A stretch of DNA of 64,000 nucleotides, from NCBI GenBank assembly GCA_051942205.1, contig JAVECO010000042.1, forward strand, positions 62,001 to 126,000. The letters run 5' to 3'. Positions within the stretch are counted from its first letter, which is position 1. Every line of letters starts with the position of its first letter. The notes under the pieces were generated by a model that worked only from the letters and a program-made list of their open reading frames with translations, had not been told where the DNA came from and made no database searches. Made by a program: the position numbers and the translations under genes. Below, one piece after another: positions 37,345 through 49,346 of this stretch. Source of the stretch: Coniocarpon cinnabarinum (taxonomy: Eukaryota).

Positions 37345-37749
37345 TCAATACGCATACCAGATCGCGCGTCGCGGCTCTGGACTACGCCAGCCGAAACGCT
37401 CGCCTATTCGGAGAAGATGACACCCAATTCTCCGAAGCAGCTCGGTTTTGAGGCGCAGGCGACGTATTGTAAACTCATACTCGTAGCTTGTCAGAACGCC
37501 TGCATTACTCGCCTTGCTGTTTTCTGCTGTGCGTATCTCTGCGAGTACTACATCAAAATTATCTGCGACTGCCGTTTGCGTTATTTGGAACAACAACCGT
37601 GATGCTGAAGCTATATTGAAGAAGGTCAACGAGAATGCTTGTGGGTAACGGGCGGTCGTTGCTGCGACGTGGGACGCAAGCGCGTCTTCGATGATTGGTT
37701 GCAAGATCTCGTTTGGTACGCGTTGATTGCCATTAGGAGCGGATGCCAT
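37345..37749 (-). CDS. Small hypothetical protein with N-terminal F-box-like motif (3' end may be spliced)
   Basis: MASAPNGNQRVPNEILQPIIEDAL..FFNIASASRLL. A GTATGC possible donor lies just before the stop. Confidence 0.55.
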   Translation of the reverse strand: MASAPNGNQRVPNEILQPIIEDALASHVAATTARYPQAFSLTFFNIASASRLLFQITQTAVADNFDVVLAEIRTAENSKASNAGVLTSYEYEFTIRRLRLKTELLRRIGCHLLRIGERFGWRSPEPRRAIWYAY

Positions 37750-38624
37750 CCTCGATCTGAGAGTTCGATTGCGTGATTCCCTAGATGTTGAGCAGACTCG
37801 GTGCTTTCGAAAACGTTCACCTCGGAAACTTGACATTCGAAATTGGCGAGTCCCCGGTTTTCACACAACTTAAAGCTTTTTGTGGAAAAAAGTAGAAGCA
37901 ACCGCGCTATAACAAGGTCCTGTGCCAACTTGTCGCACACATGAAGCTAAAGTGGAAGCCACAGAGCCAGACTTACTTCAAAGAGGGGATTCTGGAGCCA
38001 CCAACCCACGTGACACACTCATGCAAACTATGTCCGTACGCTACCTAGTTGCGGCTCCATAATATGTATAACAAGACTCTCATTATTGAAGAATAAGGGC
38101 TCTGCTTCGCGTTTCAGAAGAGCTCTGCTTTATATCTAAGAACAGCCGCATAAGGAGGGTTTAGTATTGCGTGCAAGAGCCCTGCCTCATATACAAACCT
38201 TTAGTTTGCGACACCACGGAGACCAGTGGCGCTAGGATCTCTTCTCTAAAATCACCGCATGAATGTTTGATAAAGTGAAGTGTTAGGCAGTTGCAACATG
38301 TAGGCTAAAGCAAATCATCTCAAGCAAGCTCGCTGTGTCATCGATCGCAAGGGAGGAAAGGATTGCACAGCTTTTTAATACATACCTTGGATATTGCCGC
38401 GAGTCCAGATGCTCAATATGCTGTTGCTGAGTGCGCCACAGCGCTGCATAAGGGCAACTGCACACTTTTGCAAGCATAGCCACTTCTGCTCCGCTTCGAG
38501 AATGATCTCGGTCTCGAATGCAGCATGCTGCTGGAGCACAAATCCCAAAACTCAGTGCCACATGCTCCGTTACATGGTAGGGAAGAAAAAGGTATGCACG
38601 TTTTAGGCTAGGCTGTCAGCTCGC

Positions 38625-39887
38625 CTAGGGTTCACAGGATTCGTCCTCAGAACTAATGGTATGCAAAGGTATGTTCGCCCCAAACCCGACCCGCCAGTCC
38701 TTAACCTGCTTCGGGGTTGCGTCAATGAATTCCTCAAGTTTGGCGATCTCGACGCCATGGCGGCGACAGAGCTCGACCTCAGCAACGGGGTCACCCACAG
38801 GCCATTCCTTTTTCCAATCTTGAGGCCAGCGCCAACTGCTTTTCGAATCATTTGATCTTGTCTGGCGAAACAGCTTCGCAACGTCTCTGCACCAATTCGC
38901 CTCACGCAGTGCCGCAAGACGTAAGTTGCGATTAGGTCTGAAAGCAAATCTGGGTTCCATGAGACACTGCAGGATGTATAGATCGCGCTCCGAAGCAGCC
39001 CAGCGCCAGAGAAGCTCGGCCTCCTCATGAGCAAGCGTATCCGAATCCAATTTCGCCCCTTGGGAGGCTAGCGCTAAGAGAAGTTTGCGTTGAGAGTTGC
39101 TGAGAGGGGGCCGTAGGAGTTTCGAAGGCACGGCACAGGTGAAAAGTCCCAGCCAGCGGTTTGGCGACGAGCGGACCTTGTTGTGCAGGCGTCGGAAATA
39201 TACGTACGTTGCCCATCGACTGAAGATTGTCAGCTGCTCCTCGGAGGAAGCGTGTCCAAAATTCCGCGGGAGAACACGGCGAACGAACCATGTCAAGCCT
39301 TGTGTCCTCGTTTTGTACATTGCTGCCTGCTCTTTCGTAATCCTCTCACGCGCATTGGCAGTCTTCAACTCCTTGGGCGGCGTCAAGGTAATTTTGGCTT
39401 CATTCGAAGGTCTGATGTTTGTAGCGTATATTGCATAGCAGAACAACCGGACCACTCTGGCAGTGGAGAGCTTCCTCCCAATCAAGTGAGAGGCTCGAGG
39501 CATGTTAACGTTCATACACAGCAGAAATATGTGCTCTAAGAGCTCAACAGGCAGCGTCTCAAGACGACAACGTTCTGCATGCTTCGTAGCGTCGAGTAAA
39601 GAAAACGATGCTGATTTGTTCCGGCTCAGTCGAGGTTGGAACGTAGACGAAGACCGCAGGGTAGTGTACAGAGGCCTCGGTGAAGAGAGTCTTGCAACTT
39701 TTGGGGAGGGTAGTCTGCTGGCAGATACGCTGCGCTTTTGCGGCCCTTTTGATGCCTTCTGAGTCCCCGGGTGTGGTCGTCGACCGCGGGTTCTCATAAT
39801 AGTTCCTGCGTGGGGAGTTCGAGCATCCAGGCGAAGTCCGCCAATGGAAAAATCATACTCGGGCGGGGCCGAGAGCGCGGTCGACAT
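38625..39887 (-). CDS. Hypothetical protein with basic disordered N-terminus and F-box-like motif
   Basis: Long ORF containing RLETLPVELLEHIFLLCMNVNMPRASHLIGRKLS. Start codon uncertain (39887 or 39797). Confidence 0.7.
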   Translation of the reverse strand: MSTALSAPPEYDFSIGGLRLDARTPHAGTIMRTRGRRPHPGTQKASKGPQKRSVSASRLPSPKVARLSSPRPLYTTLRSSSTFQPRLSRNKSASFSLLDATKHAERCRLETLPVELLEHIFLLCMNVNMPRASHLIGRKLSTARVVRLFCYAIYATNIRPSNEAKITLTPPKELKTANARERITKEQAAMYKTRTQGLTWFVRRVLPRNFGHASSEEQLTIFSRWATYVYFRRLHNKVRSSPNRWLGLFTCAVPSKLLRPPLSNSQRKLLLALASQGAKLDSDTLAHEEAELLWRWAASERDLYILQCLMEPRFAFRPNRNLRLAALREANWCRDVAKLFRQTRSNDSKSSWRWPQDWKKEWPVGDPVAEVELCRRHGVEIAKLEEFIDATPKQVKDWRVGFGANIPLHTISSEDESCEP

Positions 39888-40308
39888 TGCTGTGACATGC
39901 CCAGGAAAGGAACGAAAGAACAACACTCCACCCGCGATGACAGTAGCAAAAGATACGACCACTGTTGCAGGCACGCAGGTGAGTAGGTATATGATCAGAT
40001 CAGGTGAAGGTGCGGAGGACTTACAATCTCGGAGATTAGGGTGATTAGATTCATGCTGATAAGTATGCAAACAGACCCCGTATGCCGCGGATGCTCCTGG
40101 ACAAAGCTCGTGTACATTGCTCCCTTCTCCATTCCTTCATTGACTTAGGTCGATGCTGCCCGTGATATCGAAAGCCGCCAAGCGCTTAAGATCTTCCGCT
40201 ACGACTGGCTTGTGGTCTTGGTGTATGAGCACTATCAATAGGCTGCCCACACCTTCTCCGTTGAACAAATATTCGATCTCAAAACTGAATTACGTTAAGA
40301 GCCACAAC

Positions 40309-40728
40309 ATGAGTTCGGCAACGCCGAAATACTGCCTCCACTGTGGGCGCTTGATATCTCCAAACCATCGTAACTTTGAAGTGCGCAAATACTGTTCAAA
40401 GTCGTGCTCAGCGGCAAGATTACAGCCACTAGATGAAGAGATCGAGAAGTTTACCAAGGAAGAAGCAACATCACATAGACAAGTTAGCATTACTGCAGTG
40501 CAGGAACACTTTGAGTCGCGTGTAGCGGGGAAAGCCGGTGAGCAATGCGACAGCCAAGCGGCTGGCATGGAAAAGGCGCGCTTTCGAGAAAGAGTTAGAA
40601 GAGCAGGCCGAAGGGTAGTAGTGTTTAGTAAGGATAGCGATTCTCAATTTCAGTGCGTGCAGGATGAAAAGGCTGTCGATCCTAGCTTTGCAAAAGGCGA
40701 TTGGATGGTTCGCCTCATGAAACGATGA
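40309..40728 (+). CDS. Small Zn-binding protein, DUF2256/DUF3253-like
   Basis: KYCLHCGR...RKYCSKSC, FRERVRRAGRR and VDPSFAKG..VRL resemble, from memory, the DUF2256+DUF3253 architecture. Confidence 0.65.
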   Translation: MSSATPKYCLHCGRLISPNHRNFEVRKYCSKSCSAARLQPLDEEIEKFTKEEATSHRQVSITAVQEHFESRVAGKAGEQCDSQAAGMEKARFRERVRRAGRRVVVFSKDSDSQFQCVQDEKAVDPSFAKGDWMVRLMKR

Positions 40729-40761
40729 CCTTGCTGCAACCAAAGTACTGACACATCCACA

Positions 40762-42301
40762 TTAATTACTGGAATGGCGATCAGCTCCGTACTCGACCCT
40801 TCTCAGTTTATCTCTAGTACAATCGCTCAGATTTTGTATCCCAGCTAGGCCCATGGATTGGTCCACATCTGCTAGAATGCCGCGCACGACGTCTCTGGCC
40901 CCAAATTTGCCATTGATGCCCAAGCCATACACCCAAGGGCGGCCGATCAGGACCGCTTTGGCGCCAAGCGCAATGGCCTTGATGACATCGACTCCAGTGC
41001 GGACTCCGGAATCAAAGAGCACGACGAAACTTTCATTCGGGTCACGCTTAGTCTTTTTACCTTTGACGGCTTCGACGATTTCAGGCAATACCTCCAACGA
41101 GCCTATTGCGCCATCGAGTTGCCGACCACCGTGGTTGCTACAAATGACGCCATCCATCCCACGAGCATGTGCCTCCACTGCATCGTGGGGGTGCTGTATG
41201 CCTTTGAGAATGATCGGACCCTCCCAGTGATGTCGCAAGTGCGCCTATACCCTGTCAACGTCCGATTTGAGGAAGAGAGCTAGTAAGGAACTCGTCGTTG
41301 CTTACCAGCTGATCCCAAGTATGTGCCTTTCCGGCAAACACATCTGCGATCCACGCGTGCGAAGCGGCGACCATGTCGTCTTCTGGGGGTTTGCCACCAG
41401 ACATGTGTGAGAAGCGCTCTCTGAAAGCAGGATCAGCAAAACCAGTAGCATTTCCGTTGCCAACAAAGAATGGCACGAAGGCATTGTCCAGATCCCACGG
41501 TCTCCATGACATCGCCCAAGTATCCAAAGTGACTACCAAGACACTGTACCCGAGGGATTTTGCGCGGCTCAACAGCGACTCGGTGATCTTTTCTGTGTGC
41601 GGCCTGGTTCCCCAATCAATTAAGGAATCTAATGCAGTAATATGCCAGAACCATACCAATAGAGCTGGTACCATCGCTGACCTGCCTTGCCGCCAGCGCC
41701 TTTGTCGTTGGCTGCTGCAATCTCTTCAATGGTCTGACTACTGGCCGTACTGGCGATGTATGGTACTAGATTTGGATAGTCAGTGCGCTTGGACCATCGT
41801 GAGTGGCCATACAGCTTAAAGAAAGACTAGCTGTGCCTCACCGTCGATCGAAGCCATTACTTCTGCCACACCGGTTTCGCCGTGCGAATGAAACAGTTTT
41901 TGGACGCCAACGGGCGCGCAAAGGACCGGTGACTGATACTTCTGACCGAATAGACTGACAGTCATATCTCGATACGTGGTAGGGACAAGCATGCGTGGGA
42001 TGAGCTTCCACTGACGAAAGGCGAGCCTGTTGGCGTCCATGGTCGACCTCTCGCCGGCGCCTCCCCCGACGTAGGAGTAGGCGATCTCGCTCATCTTTTC
42101 CTTGGCTTGACTTTCCAACTTGTTGTAATCTGTTGTGACTTGCGGTCGCACGCCGAACGCCATGCCCTGAGTGTATATCTCGGTTTGAAACGCTCCATAC
42201 TTGCGCGCGTGGTCGCCAGGATCTTGAGACTTGTTTCAACGGGCCGGATCATCATATATCTGACTCTCTTACATACCTTGAACTTGTTGAACTGCCGACA
42301 T
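40762..42301 (-). CDS. FMN-dependent alpha-hydroxyacid dehydrogenase (lactate 2-monooxygenase-like, no cytochrome b5 domain), multi-exon
   Basis: YGAFQTEIY, YVGGGAGERSTMDANRLAF, LVVTLDT, ILKGIQH, SNHGGRQLDG, FDSGVRTG and IGRPWVYGL. Confidence 0.92.
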
Positions 42302-42630
42302 TTGCTAGAAGTCCTCTCGACCTAGTTCTTCTGATCTGCACGTTGGTCTTAACAAAGCGGTCACATATGAGAATGCGTAGATGTGATTGGTGGCAGGGTC
42401 CGATCTTGTCCAAGCTTCTCTGTGCAGGAGAGATTCAGTATATATACCTCAATATAATCAGAAGGAACTCTCATCGTATAATATGAATGACGTCCCCACT
42501 CAGCGGCACGATCTCCAAGAGAGGGGCACTAGTAGTACGCAGTAGCCATTGGCAGCCATTGGATGCGTCTCTCAGGGGGAAAAGGGGCTACGGAATCGAC
42601 AATCCAAGCTCTCGTACGACAGCGCTGTAT

Positions 42631-42636
42631 CCTCGG
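42631..42636. promoter_or_regulatory. CCTCGG FarA/FarB-type site in the divergent hydroxyacid oxidase/fumarase promoter
   Basis: Exact hexamer ~96 bp upstream of the first fumarase ATG. Confidence 0.45.
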
Positions 42637-42726
42637 CGTGCCCGGTTTTCGCTTGGAAACGCTGCGCACTTGAGCTGCGTTGCTAGGATCATACTTTCAG
42701 TTGCGCCAGCCGTCAGACAGAGAGCA

Positions 42727-44647
42727 ATGATTGCAGCGCTGGCCCGGCGCCAATCCAGCGCTTTGTCACAAGCTTGGTCGGCGACTGCCTCGGCGTTGCG
42801 AGCTTCTGTCGTACCTGCCTCCAGCTCCCCAGCTCTCCACGGCTTCTCCGGACGCTGTTCTTACCGCGTTTCCATCTACCATTCACGGCCCTTGCACGTC
42901 TCAAGTCAACCCTCAAGACACCGTTGCACCACCTATCGACCTGGACCTCGACGGACGTTTCACTGCTCGACAACCATGGCTGTCTCCACCCGTGCGGAGA
43001 GTGATGCGTTTGGCGAAGTCCAAGTCCCCACGGACAAGGTACGCAAAGCCACAGGACATGTTAAGTCGAGCTTCACACTCATGATGAGGACAGTACTGGG
43101 GCGCGCAGACAGAACGAAGTTTAGGTAGCGTTGTGGGAGTTTAGCCGTGTTGCCAGTTGCGAGGCTCACATACAAAAGAGAACTTCCGTATCAATCAACC
43201 ACAAGACCGCATGCCGCCGCCTATTGTTCGTGCATTCGGTGTGCTTAAGGGAGCAGCAGCGGTTGTCAATGAGCGTTTTGGGCTGGGTCCGCTCGAGCCG
43301 ACCTCCTCTCAGAGTCCTTGCTGACTCGGCCCAGATCCAAAGATTGCTAAAGCAATACAGCAAGCTGCTTCTGAAGTCGCGTCCCTCAAGCTCGTTGATC
43401 ATTTTCCGCTCGTGGTTTGGCAGACGGGCTCTGGTACTCAGTCCAACATGAACGCCAACGAAGTCATCAGCAATCGAGCTATTGAGATCCTTGGGGTATG
43501 CTTTTGGCACTCAACGTACAACTTACGTGCGCTAATTGACTGATGATATAGGGCACTATGGGTACGAAGAAGCCCGTGCATCCAAATGACCACGTCAACA
43601 TGTCCGCGTCCTCTAACGACACTTTTCCAACTGTCATGCACATCGCAGCTGTCCTCGACTTCACTGAGAGTCTGATGCCAGCAATTAAAAGCTTAAGAGA
43701 TGCTCTGCAAAAAAAGGTTCAGAACTTTGAACATATCATCAAAATCGGCAGGACACATCTGCAGGACGCAACGCCTCTTACGCTTGGTCAAGAGTTTTCT
43801 GGTTATGTGCAGCAGTTGCAGTACGGTCTCGAGCGTGTTGAGTCTACACTGCCACGTCTACGAAACCTGGCGCAAGGAGGAACTGCGGTCGGTACCGGCT
43901 TGAACACTTTCAAGAGCTTCGATACCATGGTCGCACAGGAGGTGACCAAGATGACTGGACAGCAGTTTCAGACTGCACCCAACAAGTTCGAGGCGTTGGC
44001 TGCACATGACGCAATTGTGGAGGCACACGGCCAGCTGAACACACTTGCCACATCCTTATTCAAAATTGCACAGGATATCCGCTTTTTGGGCTCAGGGCCA
44101 AGATGTGGGCTGGCGGAGCTGAAGCTGCCGGAAAACGAACCAGGCTCATCAATCATGCCGGGCAAAGTCAACCCGACGCAGTGCGAGTCAATGACAATGC
44201 TATGTACACAAGTATTCGGCAATCAAGCTGCGGTCACATTCGCCGGCAGCCAGGGCAACTTTGAGCTCAACGTTTTCAAGCCGGTGATGATCAAGAATCT
44301 GCTCCACAGCTCTCGACTGCTGGCAGATGGGATGCGCTCGTTTGAGGCGCATCTCGTGGCGGGACTGGAAGCTGACGAGAAGAAGATTGCTTCCATTCTC
44401 AAAGAAAGGTGAGCCTTGCCTGTGATAGTTTGGGTGCTGATGCTAATGAAGTGAACATAGTTTGATGCTGGTCACGTGCCTCAACCCTGTCATTGGATAC
44501 GACATGGCGTCGAAAGTTGCCAAAAACGCTCACAAGAAGGGCCTGACCCTGAAACAAAGCGCGATGGAGTTGAATGCACTGAGCGAAGAGCAGTTCGACA
44601 AGACGGTACGGCCGGAGCTGATGCTGGCGCCCAAGGAACAAAAGTAA
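42727..44647 (+). CDS. FUM1: Fumarate hydratase class II, multi-exon, with mitochondrial presequence
   Basis: [58 protein letters not shown] and the signature [15 protein letters not shown]; ends [11 protein letters not shown]. Confidence 0.95.
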
Positions 44648-45429
44648 GCGTCCAGCCGTCGACAAAACTCACCGAGGAAGCAGTGGACAAGCATTTTTGA
44701 TGATGTATTTTTACCACAGATCCGAGCCCAGACTGTAGGAGAGCACTTGGCGGACTCGAGTTAAGCATCTCATAAAGCGCAGAGGGGCCTTCGCCGATGT
44801 ACCTGCGGCCTTAAGACCCTAATTATGCTCATCGTATAGGCTCATCGCCTGGACTGACTTTCGGCAACGATCTTTGTCTATGTCCCTTGCCGTGCAGCGT
44901 TCATGGTATAGTGACAAGAATCGCGGCCCAAATGCAACAGCGTCAACAACAATTCATTGATTCCAACTTTGCGGGCTTTGTCAAACCAAGCATATTGAAC
45001 CCGTTTTTCGATGGATTACTCGGCGTGGCTATGCTCGAACGATCTGATTGTGTAAAGTCGAATTTGAAAGCCGTTCAAGCGAGGCGTAATCAGGGTATTT
45101 TTCTGTTTTTGTAGGTCAGGTAAGTGCTGTGGAACCCAAGGGGATTGTGGCAGATCTAGCGGTCAAGATGGCTACTTCAACCAGCGGTCACGAATACGCG
45201 TCTACACCGCCATTCTCATCATCATACGCGTCTCTCTTGTGTTTCTATCAATGTTTGGAATATCTCTACACGATGCTGCTGCTGTCAGCGAGTCCGAGGC
45301 TTTCAGGCTCGAGAGCTAGTCGTAATTGTGTCGTTCTTTTGTTCTGGACCGCCATGCCTTGATCCTCGAAATGCTCTCGCATTGTGCTCGACGACCATCT
45401 TCTGGGAGCAATCTCATAGCTGTCTGACG

Positions 45430-48400
45430 ATGTTCTATAACCATGAAAGTAAGTCGAGAGGAGAGACTGACTCACAGTTCCTCACGGCTAATATTCCGCA
45501 GTTCTCACTTCGCGCAAATATGGCGTGGCTACTGTGTGGTAGGTATTGTATGGTACGGTTGCAAACACCTGCCTGACCACATTTCAAGGCTCGTTGCCAC
45601 TCTCGGCTCGCGGTCGTACAATCGCAAAGTCAGCAAGAAGGATATCCTGGGCGTCAACGTGCCCAAGACATGCGATGTCGTCGTGGCACCCGAAGCCCCC
45701 ATGGCCCTGAGGCTGCAGTCTAACTTACTGTATGTTCATTCCCAACGCAATTGTCGTGTAGCGTATGCTGAACCCAATTAGCGCTGGCATCTGTCGAGTC
45801 TATCTCCATCAATGCTCGTACGTGCTTAAAGACGCCGAGAACGTCCAAATCGATATGCGTCGTCTCATACGAGCCATACGCCGCGATGATCAGCACACCG
45901 ACCCGGAAGCAGGCAGGACCGCGAGGTAAATTCACAACACCGCTCATGTCTTTGTCGCAGGCAACGTTGGTGGCAACTGACAAGAGCCGATTCCAGACCA
46001 GATCAACTGCTCCAGGCAGACGACCCAAACTTCCTTCCTGCGTTGCTTGGCTTAGACGACTTGCCGCCCTTGGACTTCGATCCAATTACTGAACCCTCGT
46101 CGCAGTCTGAGAGCGTATTGTCACCACACTCGAGACGCTCGAGTCGATCAAGTCTCCAGATCCCCGACCTGGAGATACCAAGCTCAATGGGACTGGGAGG
46201 CGGATTGGATGTCGGCGCTAGATATTCTGGAAGCGCGTCTGGTGCAGGAGAAATTGTGCGCATCAGGTATGTGAGCAGAAGTGGTCCAGGCGTAATCCTA
46301 GTCCGCCTCGCTCTACCCAGACTCTTGCTACAACCATGATTAGTGTCTAATATAAGAGCAGGGGCGAAGAACGAATTGATGATGATGCGCTTCTTCCTGA
46401 ACCTGACTTTACTTTTGACCCTGATGGAAATATCTTTGAGCTGGGTGGTCCTGATACGAGTGAACATGCGACGGGTGAGTCGGCAACAATTAACGTTTAG
46501 AACCTCGTTTGCGTGGATGCTGTGGATGGGATCATTCTCTCCGTCTTGTGAAAGATCCAACTCGGCTTTCCAGGATCTGCAAACTAACGTCTTGCACAGT
46601 ACCCACTCAGCCCCTCATGAGCCCGCTCCGCTTTCCTTCCCGTCGTGTCTCTCGCGAAGGCAGTGTCGCCTCAGCTCATGAGTCTGCGCACCAAGCTCAA
46701 GATACACAACAAGTACATCTGCGCTCCAGCCTTGTTTGCCGAATCTTCTGCTAATGATGCTTAGGATGATCAGCCTTTGACTTTCGACCATGACCAGCCT
46801 TCAGATCATGGACCGCAACCAGTTGCGGAGGCTGGACCGCCATTCCTTGGAGACGAGGCTGCGGTTCAACCTCAACATGTTGAATCCTCGAGCCACCATC
46901 CCGAGTCTCAGACCTCTTCTGCGCCGGCTGCGCCTCAACGACGGAAGCGAACAGCAAAGGCCATTCCACTTGATAGCCGGACCGAATTGCGCAACTCTGA
47001 ATTGCTGGCTTGGCAACATGACTATGTTGAGCGAATGGATAAGATTACCCAAGGTCGTGCTTTGCAGACTTCTGCGACTCTGGCGAGGTGAGTCGCTGCT
47101 GTACTCCTCTTACGCTTAGAATACTCCGCAATGCTGCTTTGAGCCCCATCATTCCTTGTTCCAGCTCTTTCACCCCTCGCTAAACAACACATTCAGACGC
47201 AACGCCTCCCATTTCACCTTCTCGATCGGACCACTCAGCCACGAAATTATGAAGTTTGGCCCAACCCATCCGCTCGCCGACTTCACAGGTCAATCCCTCT
47301 ACACCATGCTCCAGCCACCTACGTCCGCCAAACGCAGCCACTCCACTGCCTCTTTATCTAGTACCTCATCCCACCGACGTGTACGTCCCCGCTCCGACGA
47401 GCAAGTCCGCGCCACCGCTGCTGATGAAAACGACGCTCCTGCCCTCTTCGACACCGGCATCGAAGACGACGTCGATGCAGATGTGGAAATCGAACAAGGC
47501 CGACTGGCAGAGTCAGCTATGCAAGGCGAAAGCGATGACGAGCAGACGATGCCATGGAATGTCTCGTTCTCAGCGAGACAGAGTGCCGCACGCGCCAGTA
47601 GTCGGAGTTTCTCGACGGGTCAGCCCGCGAGATTGTCGGTGCAGTTGGCGAGGCTTGAAGGAAGGGGATCGCGCTTGACGAGCGCGAGTCCGCTTTTGGG
47701 CCGCGGGAGGGGGTCGGGCGGGAGTTTGCTGTTTGACTTACCTGGTGGGAGTTCGAATGAGGGCGAGGGGCTGGACGTTGTGATGGGTGAGGATGACGAT
47801 GCGGGAATTGGTGGAGTCACTGAACTGGGTGGTGATGAGCGTGTGGGTGGAGCTGAGGGTGAGGGGGCGCGTGGAGGAGGCAGGATGATGAGAAAGATAA
47901 ATGAATTGGGTGACGACACGCAACAAGAACTATTTGGCCCCGCCGCGAACGTATCGACTCAACTCGCCAATTCGTCGCAGTTTATTCGACAAGTTTTGGA
48001 CGCTGAAGCTATCAATTTCCTTGCTTTTCTGGAGAACTGGATCGTTTCTCATGGACGGGAGATTGATGTGCGAGCGATTTATCAGAGTCCCGATGATGTT
48101 CTGTCCTTTGCTGGAATTGAAGATGGTGGCGGGGGCGGTGGCGAGGTTGAAGGTGAGGAACGTGAAGGTGGCAACGAAGGCAGCGACGATAGTGGTAAGA
48201 GACACAAAAGAGACAAAAGAGAGGATATAAGGAAAGGAGTCACATTCGAAACACTCCTACCGCCTCAGAAAAACAATCACGTCGTTGCCTCTCAAGGATT
48301 GTTACATTGTTTGACATTAGCGACGAGGGGTTTAGCATGGCTAAGACAAAGAAGTTGGGATGAAGAAGAGACAGAATGGAGGTGGGATGGGGAGATGTGG

Positions 48401-48664
48401 GTTGGAGTTGAAGCGAGATCGACCGCAACAGCGGGACCAGCTGGGTCGAAGAAGTTAGACAGCGAAGGCGCGAGTGACAGAGAAGAGCGTGGTGGAAGGG
48501 AGGGTGATAATGAAGATGGCTCTGAGATGGAAGGGGGTCATGGCGGTGATGGTGAGGGTGACGGGGTTGGCGATGACGGGAGCAGGGCAGGTCAAGGAAG
48601 CGTAGGAGAAGCTGACGAAGAAGAAGGAAGCGGCGGAGAGACCAACACAGGAGAAGAGCCATGA
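45430..48664 (+). CDS. REC8: Meiotic cohesin kleisin Rec8 (Rad21/Rec8 family), many exons
   Basis: Spliced N-terminus MFYNHEILTSRKYGVATVWLVATLG..KVSKKDILGVNVPKTC..PEAPMALRLQSNLL, then PDFTFDPDGN and a C-terminal winged helix FETLLPP..VASQGLLHCLTLATRG. Confidence 0.88.
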
Positions 48665-49346
48665 GATCGGTGACAAGAGATAGGAAGATCACGTGGAGGA
48701 ACGGAAGTGGTAATGGAAGCTGTGAGGCGATTGTTGAGACAAAACGTCGTGTGTGTCGAGCCAGGAGCAGGTGATATATGTCCGACTGGATGTCTGACAG
48801 TCACTGGAGTCGAGAGCGCATGTAGGAGAGAGATGTGAATTCTTACACCCAAGGGGCGCATCCAGGAATGAAAAGCCTGTCACCTGAGGGAGACATCTTC
48901 ATAGAGTCTCGACCTCTTGTTTCATTCCACACGGATCCTAAAGACCGACACTAAACTGCAAAAAGTGTTACAAAACATGCGAAGCATCTGCAAAGCACGT
49001 CATAAGGGCAAGAGCAGGAAGAATCGTCCATTGTGAGGTTTTAATGGGGAACAGGCATTGAATGTTGAACTTGGTTCTTGGGTGCAGATTGGAAGCTCCA
49101 GATACGCCAGCCATGGCGGGCTTTCTCCCAGCTTCATCCGTAAAGAATGGCGCCCCCGTCAAAACGCCGGTGCATCGACAAAGCCTTTCCGTTCAAACAC
49201 ATCGTGTCGTCCATCGATGTACACACACCTCACCCCATTTGCCTTCACAACCCTCCCACCTCCTTCGTGGCCCCTGACTGATATTCACGAACCCTTGCAC
49301 TCACTAGGTCCTGCGCAACGTCCCCTCGTAGTGAACAAACACACTC

